A DNA stretch of 64,000 nucleotides from Eledone cirrhosa (taxonomy: Eukaryota): NCBI GenBank assembly GCA_964016885.1, contig OZ024766.1, positions 9,672,001 to 9,736,000 of the forward strand. Direction: 5' to 3'. Position 1 is the first letter of the stretch. Each line of letters starts with the position of its first letter. The notes under the pieces were generated by a model. It was not told where the DNA came from. It saw only the letters and a list, made by a program, of their open reading frames with translations, and made no database searches. A program made the position numbers and the translations under genes. Shown here piece after piece: positions 53,871-64,000 of the stretch.

Positions 53871-54172
53871 ATTGTTGTTGTTGTTGTTATTTTCAAATCT
53901 GGTACTTATTTTATCAATGTCTTTTGTGTCGAACTGCTAAGTTACAAGACATAAACATAGACACGCACACATACGTATATATGTGTGTGTATATATATAT
54001 ATATATATGTAGGAGGTGACTTTTATTGTAGCACAATAAGGCAATGCAAATATCGGATAAGTAGCACTCAACAGTTTATAGGACTGGAGTATACATAATA
54101 TAAGATCAAAAGATGGTAGATTTAACACTTCACTGCTCGCAAGTGTTTTTTAAGCTTCATATCATGTCTCCC

Positions 54173-54243
54173 TATTTTATCTGATGAGAACGCAAATATC
54201 ATCCCATGATGATATTTGTTTTTGAAATGCGCATAATAAAATA
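54173..54243 (+). ncRNA. Type-I hammerhead ribozyme (sense, in SMAD intron)
   Basis: TATTTTAT-CTGATGA-GAAC-GCAAATATCATC/GATGATATTTGT-TTTT-GAAA-TGCGCAT-A-ATAAAATA. Confidence 0.8.
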
Positions 54244-55531
54244 CATGGAACTCTTTTAACCATCTTTTGATCTTATATTATATATATATATAAATCCGTT
54301 ATTAACAGCAATCCATTAACTATACATATATGTGTGTATATATGCTTGTATCCCAGTACAACCTGTCTCATGGTCGGGTCGTTGGCGACTAAACTGGCAA
54401 CCCCACCAAGGTTTCTTGGTGAGGAGGGTGACTTTGGTCATCCTGCAGGACTAAAAACAAAATCTGTCAAAGGGCAAAGGAGCTATTAAGAGTCAATGGC
54501 CATCCAAAATCACCGGGAGAGATGACCCCTTAGCCTTTGTCAAGGCAGAATTCTAGGAGAAGGAAAACTCTGATATAACACCTGCAACCCTGATGGTATC
54601 CAATGATGTTGACTTGTTCTTCTTTTTGGTAAATATCATCTTGGTTAAGAGAGTGGGACTGGCTTTGTGCAGTGCCTTTGCTCACTATAAAAGCTTCACG
54701 GCACAGGCATTGCTTTATATCTGGAGATCTCTCTGAACTTGTCATCACATGGTACCATGGGCCCAGCACTATGTGTCAATAATTGTCACAAGTGTAGTGT
54801 TTGTACCAGAGTTTTCAAGTCGCTGGCTGGACTAAAAAGTCACACTCGTTCAGCACATCGGTAGGGGTTCTCCTACATGGATATAAAGTAGTGGCCGTAC
54901 TCGAAAACGAGTTGGCAGCCACCATGTGAGTAGATATATATCGTAACTGTGCTGCAAAGCATGGCGTCCGACTCTCTACTGATACTGCCAATCTACCGCC
55001 CTTAATAAATAATTGTTTCTACTTTTTTGGCACAAGGCCAGCAATTACCCCAGTGTATTACTGGTACTTTATTTTATCGACCCCATAAGGATGAGAGGCA
55101 AAGTTAACTGACCTTACTTAATAAATAATGCGAAGAAATACCAATGATAGTCAGCAGACCATTGATGATGGACAGTCCCGTTTCTCGGTCTATTTTCATT
55201 CATATGTATCACACTCGCAACAACGCAGCACGCCATTTTTTCATTGGGACAATTTCCGTCTAACCCATACTAGCGTGGAAGATAGACGTTAAATGATGAT
55301 GATGATATATATATATATATATATATATATGTAGGAGGTGAGTTTTATTGTAGTACAATAAAGCAATGCAGATATCGGATAAGAAGCACTCTACAGTTTG
55401 TATATATATGTGTGTGTAAATGAAGTAATTCCGTCGGAAAAGTCCAGGAAAAAAGAGTGCTCTATGTAGGTAACAGAGCTTAATAGTTATGTAATAAACA
55501 ACATAAGGCAATTTTTTCATTCTGAGGATTT

Positions 55532-55592
55532 TTTCATTCTGACGATTGAAAGCAAATTTTTTTTGCTTTTAAGAAACCACTGGTAAATGGAA
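55532..55592 (+). ncRNA. Type-I hammerhead ribozyme
   Basis: TTTCATT-CTGACGA-TTGAAAGCAAA/TTTGCTTTTAA-GAAA-CCACTGG-TA-AATGGAA; stem II differs entirely from the 41635 copy yet pairs. Confidence 0.75.
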
Positions 55593-55998
55593 TAATTGCC
55601 TTATGTTGTTTATTACATAACTATATATATATATACAAACATAAATTATCGAGATTCTCATTTCGGCCTATGAAATAACGAAAACCAACCTCCGAGATGT
55701 GCAGCAAGTGCTCAATGAATCAGAAGAACCAGAGCTATAACAAACGTTAAAGGCCAAACACACTGAGACGATGGTTAAACAATCATTTGCATAGCCAAAA
55801 AAAACGATCAAGTAATTCGGGTATATAACCAAAAGTTTAACAAGGTTGGTTCATTTTTTGAGGTATGTCAGACATCAATATATTTTATCTGATGAGGACG
55901 TACTGATGAAATAGCTCAGTACCTCTGAAATATTGAAGTAATATATATATATATTACTTCAAAATATTAATAAATATAGACATTCATGTGATCAAATA

Positions 55999-56064
55999 TA
56001 TTTTATTATACATATTTCAGAGGTACTGTGCTGTTTCATCAGTACGTCCTCATCAGATAAAATA
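55999..56064 (-). ncRNA. Type-I hammerhead in tail-to-tail inverted repeat 55822-56120
   Basis: Full motif on -; truncated + copy at 55881-55933. Confidence 0.72.
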
Positions 56065-56321
56065 AATTGGTGTCTGACATACCCCAATCAATGAACCTTG
56101 TTAAACTTTTGGTTATATATATATATTTTTTTTTTTATATCATCATCATCATCGTTTAACGTCTATCTTCCACGCTAGCATGGGTTAGACGGGAATTGTC
56201 CCATTTGAGGCAAGATTGGTCGGGTGACCGTATCTCGCTCATATAGGACAGGTTTTCTATGGCTGGATGCCCTATTTTGGGAGGGACACCCTGCATATAT
56301 ATATATATATATATATATATA

Positions 56322-56397
56322 CAGGGTGTCCCAAAAATGTATACACAAATTTATTAGAATGCTGTTGAAGTCTGTATACCTTTTTTGGGACACCCTG
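56322..56397. mobile_element. 76-bp Tc1/mariner-type MITE
   Basis: TA-CAGGGTGTCCCAAAAA...TTTTTGGGACACCCTG-TA. Confidence 0.75.
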
Positions 56398-57082
56398 TAT
56401 ATATATATAAATAAATATGTGTGTGCGTGTATGTATATATATATGTGTGTATATATATGTGTGTGTGTGTATATATATGGTGTGTGTGTATATATATGGT
56501 GTGTGTGTATGTATATATGTGTGTGTATATATATATGTGTGTGTGTGTATATATATATATGTGTGTATATATATGTGTGTGTATGTATATATATATGTGT
56601 GTGTGTATGTATATATATGTGTGTGTGTATGTATATATATATGTGTGTGTATGTATATATAAATATATATGTTTGTCTATGTATATATATATATATGTGT
56701 GTATGTATACATCTATATATATGTCTATACACATACGAATGTGTGTGTATGTATGTATATATACACTCACGTTATGTGTATGTATATATCTACATACCAC
56801 ACGCGTATTACATATATATATATATATATATGTGTATATATTTATATATAATACGTGTATATGTATATATACATACGTATGGTATATATATACATATATA
56901 TATATATATGTGGTTCCATTTTATTTTCGGGATGTACACAGCATCTTGGAAAATTCTTCGCTTTTGACGCAGATGTAAATATTTATATCTGCTGATACTA
57001 TATATATATATATATATATATAAGCTTCCACTTGTATTATATGTGTATATATATATATATATATATAAGCTTCCACTTGTAT

Positions 57083-57130
<48 letters not shown>

Positions 57131-57143
57131 CTTCCACTTGTAT

Positions 57144-57197
<54 letters not shown>

Positions 57198-57210
57198 CTT
57201 CCACTTGTAT

Positions 57211-57270
<60 letters not shown>

Positions 57271-57283
57271 CTTCCACTTGTAT

Positions 57284-57327
<44 letters not shown>

Positions 57328-57361
57328 CTTCCACTTGTATTATATGTGTATATATATATAT

Positions 57362-57404
<43 letters not shown>

Positions 57405-57414
57405 CTTCCACTTG

Positions 57415-57466
<52 letters not shown>

Positions 57467-57628
57467 TCAGCAGATATAAATATATACATGCATGACATAA
57501 ATACACACATCTACATATAAATATATATATCGGGTATATATATATAACAGTATACATAACAGTCTATATATATATATATATGTATGTATGTATATTATTA
57601 TCGAGTCGTTTTGTGTTTTGTATTTATC

Positions 57629-57674
<46 letters not shown>

Positions 57675-57719
57675 TTCTACAGGATTAGTACTGTTTCATT
57701 CGTATGAAATCATCAGGAA
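57675..57719 (-). ncRNA. Type-I hammerhead motif
   Basis: TTC-CTGATGA-TTTCATACGAAT-GAAA-CAG..CTG-TA-GAA. Confidence 0.6.
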
Positions 57720-57813
57720 TATTTATATAATCCTGATGATTATATATATATACCTACGTAAATATAAATATGCACACACATTATATATAGACACAATTGT
57801 AAACACGCACCTA

Positions 57814-57862
<49 letters not shown>

Positions 57863-57913
57863 TACATACATACATACACCTACATTTATTTATATATATA
57901 CCTTAAAAAATGT

Positions 57914-57988
<75 letters not shown>

Positions 57989-58027
57989 GCTAAAGATATG
58001 TACATTATATATATATATAAATATATA

Positions 58028-58101
58028 CAGGGTGTCCCCAAAAAATCTATACACGCTTCAACAGTATACTAATCAGTGTGTATACATGTTTTTGGGACAC
58101 C

Positions 58102-58169
<68 letters not shown>

Positions 58170-58210
58170 TTATCATATATTAATTTATATTAACTTGTAT
58201 ACGTACTTTC

Positions 58211-58278
<68 letters not shown>

Positions 58279-58497
58279 CGTAAAAAGATGTACACACACA
58301 TGCATATATATATATATATTTATATGTATACATACATACATGGTGTCCCCCCAAAAATATATACACATCGTCAACATTCTAATGTGTTTACATTTTTTGG
58401 GACAGGCTGTATTATATTATACAACATACACACATATATATATACATATACACCCACGCACCTATATTTATATATAGACATATCCTAACAAATATAT

Positions 58498-58544
<47 letters not shown>

Positions 58545-58641
58545 CATGGTGTCCCCCAAAAAATATATACACTCTTCGTCAACATTCTAATGTGTTTACA
58601 TTTTTTGGGACAGGCTGTATTATATTATACAACATACACAC

Positions 58642-58689
<48 letters not shown>

Positions 58690-58729
58690 GCACCTATATT
58701 TATATATAGACATATCCTAACAAATATAT

Positions 58730-58762
<33 letters not shown>

Positions 58763-58933
58763 CATACAGGGTGTCCCCAAAAAATCTATACACACTTCAA
58801 CAGTATTCTAATCAGTGTGTTTACATGTTTTTGGGACACCTGTGTGTGTATATATATATATATACATACATACACATGTAAATTTTTTTAGGATATGTGT
58901 ATGTATGTATGTATGTATATCCTAAAAATATTT

Positions 58934-59001
<68 letters not shown>

Positions 59002-59089
59002 AGATGTATATAAATGTATGCATACTTCAACCTTCTAATTAAAGTGTTTACATTTTTGAGAACAATATATATATGTATGTATGTTTGTG

Positions 59090-59121
<32 letters not shown>

Positions 59122-59596
59122 AACATATATATACACACAAACATATATATATACACACAAACATATATCTACACACAAACATATATATACACACACAAAC
59201 ATATATATATACACACAAACATATATATATACACACAAACATATATATACACACACAAACATATATATATATATACACAAACATATATATATACACACAA
59301 ACATATATATACACACACAAACATATATATACACACACAAACATATATATACACACAAACATATATATACACACAAACATATATATACACAAACCTATAT
59401 ATATATATACACACACAAACATATCTATATATATATACAAACACATATATATATATATATGTTTATATATACGAGTGTGTGTGTGTGTATGTATGTATGT
59501 ATATATATTTATGATACAATGTGTTCCCCAAAAATGTATGCATAGATTCATTAGAATGCTGCTGAAGTGTTTACATTTTTGGGGAGACCCTGCGTC

Positions 59597-59629
<33 letters not shown>

Positions 59630-59815
59630 GTTTACATTTTTTTGGACAACCTGTATATATATTAGAATGCTGTTATGAAGTGTGTATACATTTTTTTTTG
59701 GGGGGGGGGGGGACACTCTATATATATATATATATATACACACATACATGCACTCACGTACCTACGTTTATTTATATATATCAGAATGCTGTTGAAGTGT
59801 GTATACATTTTTGGG

Positions 59816-59847
<32 letters not shown>

Positions 59848-60111
59848 ACACACGCACAGACACGCACACACACTCTCTCTCTCTCTATATATATATATAT
59901 ACACATACATGCACTCACGTACCTACGTTTATTTATATATATCAGAATGCTGTTGAAGTGTGTATACATTTTTGGGGGACACACACACACACTCTCCCTC
60001 TCTCTCTCTATATATATATATATACATATACACACATACATGCACTCACGTTTATTTATATATATCAGAATGCTGTTGAAGTGTGTATACATTTTTTTTG
60101 GGACACACACA

Positions 60112-60183
<72 letters not shown>

Positions 60184-60189
60184 GGGGGA

Positions 60190-60226
<37 letters not shown>

Positions 60227-60310
60227 CACATACATGCACTCACGCACCTACGTTTATTTATATATATCAGAATGCTGTTGAAGTGTGTATACATTTTGGG
60301 GGACATCTTG
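58028..60310. mobile_element. Cluster of full and half copies of the micro-MITE in (TA)/(CA) tracts
   Basis: Full copies at 58028-58104, 58767-58842, about 58339-58409, 58545-58618 and 59517-59592; right halves repeated at 59660-60310. Confidence 0.7.
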
Positions 60311-60388
60311 AATACACACACATGTATGAATATATATACACACATGTATGTGTGTGTGTGTATATATATATGTGTATATATATATATA

Positions 60389-60428
<40 letters not shown>

Positions 60429-60534
60429 TTTCTCTCCATCCAGTTTACATGTGTATTTCAGGTCATGTGTTGTTGTAAAGTGTGTAGGTACGTGTGTACT
60501 TGAGTGAACTATTAATGTAGTACGGTCTGGAGTG

Positions 60535-61130
60535 GGAGGTAGACAGATAGAGAGGGGAGGCGAGAGAGAGAGAGGTAGACTGATAGATAGAGAGGGGAGG
60601 CGAGAGAGGTAGACTGATAGATAGAGAGGGGAGGCGAGAGAGAGAGAGGTAGACTGATAGATAGAGAGGGGAGGAGCGAGAGAGAGAGAGGTAGACTGAT
60701 AGATAGAGAGGGGAGGCGAGAGAGGTAGACTGATAGATAGAGAGGGGAGGCGAGAGAGAGAGAGGTAGACTGATAGATAGAGAGGGGAGGAGCGAGAGAG
60801 AGAAAGGTAGATAGATAGATACAGAGGGGAGGAGAGAGAGGTAGACTGATAGATAGAGGGGGGGGGGGGAAGAGAGATAGAGAGGAGAGAGAAAGGTACA
60901 CAGATTGATAGTGGCAGAAAGAGGTAGTCTGATAGATAGGGAGGGGCAGAGAGAGGTAGACCGTTAGATAGGGAGGGGCAGAGAGAGGTAGACCGTTAGA
61001 TAGAGAGGGGCAGAGAGGTAGACCGTTAGATAGAGGGGCTGAGAGAGGTAGACAGATAGATAGAGAAGGAAGTTAGCGCAGAGACAAGTAGATAGACTGA
61101 TAGAGAGGGGCAGAGAGAGGTAGGCAGACT
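60535..61130. repeat. Purine-rich minisatellite (GAGGTAGACTGATAGATAGAGAGGGG)
   Basis: Direct reading. Confidence 0.85.
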
Positions 61131-61586
61131 GATACGGAATGGAAGAGAGAGAGAGTGTTAGACATAGAGAGAGGGACAGAAAGTAGACAGACTGATGGAG
61201 CGACGGAGGAGGACGGCTGAGGACAGAGAGAGAGAGACGGACTGTGATTTAAAGAGAGGATGAGGGTAGAGAGAGAGGAGAGAAAGATAGACTAAGAAAT
61301 AGAGAGATGAGCAGACGAGAGGAAGACTAACAGATAGAGGCAGACGACAGACTAAGAAATAGAGAGAGGGAGAGAGATTGGCTGATACAAATAGACGAAC
61401 ATAGAGAGGTGGTCAGATAGATAGTTAGAGAGTGGTGGAGGAGAGGTAAGAGATATATATATATATAGAGGGGAGTAGGAGGAGGTTTATAAATACGAGG
61501 GTGGCGAAAGATAGACTAAGAAATAGAGAGAGGGAGAGAGATTGGTTGATACAAATGGACGAACAGAGAGAGGTGGAGGAGAGGTA

Positions 61587-61664
<78 letters not shown>

Positions 61665-61884
61665 GGGGGAGTAGGAGGAGGTTTATAAATACGAGGGTGG
61701 CGGTGAGAGGAGGCTGTGTAGAGGAAGGTGGTGTGTATTTAGTTGTTTATCTCTCCGTGTTGCTTTTTACAGTGGTGGTGGTGGTGGTGGGAGTAGTGGA
61801 CATTGTGAGGGGATTGGGGAGAGGAGAGAGCTAGAGGCATGGTAGATAGAGAGATGGATGGAAGATTAGATAGATAGATAGAGA

Positions 61885-61920
<36 letters not shown>

Positions 61921-61960
61921 TTCAAAATATTAACAAAATAGATATTCTTGTGATCAATTA

Positions 61961-62027
61961 TATTTTATTATACATATTTCAGAGGTACTGAGTTAAGTTC
62001 AACAGTACGTCCTCATCAGATAAAATA
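61961..62027 (-). ncRNA. Type-I hammerhead, left arm of palindrome 61913-62242
   Basis: TATTTTAT-CTGATGA-GGACGTACTG..CAGTACCTCT-GAAA-TATGTAT-A-ATAAAATA. Confidence 0.75.
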
Positions 62028-62127
62028 AGATGATGCATGACATACCCTGACTTAGTAGATGGTTAAGATTCAGTCATGGTAGTGAATCTTAACCATCTAC
62101 TAAGTCAGGGTATGTCATGCATCATCT

Positions 62128-62194
62128 TATTTTATCTGATGAGGACGTACTGTTGAAGATAGCTCAGTACCTCTGAAATATGTATAATAAAATA
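62128..62194 (+). ncRNA. Type-I hammerhead, right arm of palindrome
   Basis: Same motif on the + strand. Confidence 0.75.
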
Positions 62195-62350
62195 TAATTG
62201 ATCACACGAATGTCTATTTTTGTTAATATTTTGAATTAATATGAATAACTCCGGAAAACCAATACTGTTGAGTGCTTCCAATCTATTGTAAAACTCATTC
62301 TTTGATTTATTCATTGAACCTTGTTTAACCTTTTAATATATATATATATA

Positions 62351-62988
62351 TCATCATCATCATCATCATCATCACCGTTTTACGTCCGTTCTTCCACGCT
62401 AGCATGGGTTAGACGGGTTGTCCTGTTGTGGCAGTGTCTGGTCGGCTGACCATGCCTTGCTCATACAGGAACTGATTTGGCTTGATTTCTACAGCTGGAT
62501 GCCCTTCCTAACACCAACCTCATTTACAGTGAGTGCTGGGTGCTTTTCCGTGGCGCCTACACGTCCACTTTACAGTGTGGGCTGGGTGCTTTTTTGCCGT
62601 GGCACCTCCACGACCACCTTGCGGTGGGAGGGTGTGGGGGAATATTGTCTATATGCTTCAGCTTGTACCCATGGGAGGTCGGGTACTCTGTATTACTGCG
62701 TGACGCCAGAGGTCACGGTCGTGTGTCATCGCCTTTGAGAGGTGTAATTGGGTAAGGTCGGCTTTTATCACCTCATCCCAGGTCATCTTTGGTCTCCCCA
62801 CTCCGCGGTTTCCATCGACTTCTAGTGCTCTGCACCTTTTTATGCAGCTGTCATCCTTCATACGCATCACATGTCCATACCAGCGCAACCGCCTCTCCTG
62901 CACACAGCATTTGATTCCTCTTATGCTCAGTCTCTCTTCCAATTCATTTATGCTTTGTCGTTCGCATATATTACTATTACACATCCAT
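62351..62988 (-). mobile_element. RTE LINE 3' end
   Basis: WMCNSNICERQS..VQERRLRWYGHVMRM..RDLWR; 3'UTR and (CAT)n. Confidence 0.88.
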
Positions 62989-62995
62989 ATATATC

Positions 62996-63320
62996 TATCT
63001 AAGGCGGGTAAAATTCCCGAGATCCATGGACGAGTTCTCTCCAGCGGTCTCTGTCCCTCATTATCGCTGCCATATCCTGCATCTCCAACAGAACAGTGTC
63101 TGTCCTTAGGGCATCAACATATGTTAACCTTGGTCTTCCTCTTCTAGTGTGTCCATGTAGGGGCTCCCAAAGGAGCACTGAGTGCAATGTCAACTCTGGA
63201 TGTCGGTGAGCATGTCCAGCCAACCTCAGTCTTCTCTGTGTCACTTTTGAGCTGACTTTTGGGATGCTCCCATACAGCTCTGAGTTTTTCATCCTCAGTG
63301 TATACTGATTAATGTTCATA
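62996..63320 (-). mobile_element. RTE-like LINE 3' end (unexpanded copy of the 81-bp family)
   Basis: RRLRLAGHAHRHPELTLHSVLLWEPLHGHTRRGRPRLTY present once. Confidence 0.88.
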
Positions 63321-63794
63321 TATATATGTATATATATGTAGTAATAATAATAAATGTGAAGACTAAAATCCAAAGAGGGCTCGATAAGGATAAATATATA
63401 TCAAATATATAAGAACCCTCGAGCAAATATTTATTAAAATAACAGATTAAAGTTTAAGCAAAGAATCGCTGCTTTCACCCTTAACGGGATCTTCTGAATG
63501 TGTATATACACATACATACGGAGAGAGAGAGAGAGAGAGATATGTATATATGGAAAGATTGATGAATAGGCAGATGTATGGAGTTACATATGCATAAGTT
63601 GACCGACTAATAAACATAGATTTGTGTGTGTATGGAGAGATAGATATACATAAACATCGATAGCAATATATATATATGATGATGATGATGATAAAAATGG
63701 CTGATAGAATATGCACGTGTTTTGGGGGATATCCCTTCTCTGCTTTTTCCCCTTCTCTCTATTCTTTATATTTCATCTTTTATTTCTCATTCTA

Positions 63795-63830
63795 TCTTTT
63801 GATGAAGGACTTGTGTCCGAAACGTTGAGA
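63795..63830 (+). ncRNA. Minimal hammerhead, C3>U variant
   Basis: TCTT-TTGATGA-A-GGAC(TTGT)GTCC-GAAACGTT-GAGA. Confidence 0.55.
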
Positions 63831-64000
63831 TTCTTTTTCCTTTCTAGTATTAGTGCCATCATAAAATACACTGTAAAGTGATGGGTGAGAGGAGGGAGGG
63901 CCCTTCAATGTGCCAAACGCATGGCGATCTCTCTAGTGCTGGTGTCATGATAAAATACACCCAGTACACTCTGTAAAGTGGTAGTGTTGGTATCATGATA

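Noticed and set aside
63460-63500. CAGAAGA-CCC/GGG-GAAA motif on the - strand
   Set aside because: Core substitution and no NUH or stem I

Overview
Repeat-saturated animal genomic DNA. The (TA)n-rich background, RTE LINEs and Nin/Meta-domain SINEs suggest an octopus or other coleoid cephalopod (inferred). Only three host coding exons are recognisable, all on the + strand: the last two exons of PIGB (1861-2301, 5614-5947) and the first coding exon of a SMAD2/3 gene (18157-18362), whose first intron seems to run past the window end. The rest is microsatellite, truncated RTE/CR1/Tx1/Penelope retroelements, SINEs, ~75-bp Tc1/mariner-type MITEs and minisatellites grown out of retroelement segments. 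The most striking unannotated signal is about 20 minimal type-I hammerhead ribozyme motifs from at least 8 sequence families. They sit in short Penelope-like terminal-repeat remnants inside (TA)n tracts, many as fold-back palindromes. Two palindromes carry a hammerhead on each strand, and several turn around at ribozyme helices. Partial copies of SMAD exon 1 with its intact donor site also lie inside its own intron. All RNA structures were folded by eye and no searches were run; repeat boundaries and copy numbers are approximate.
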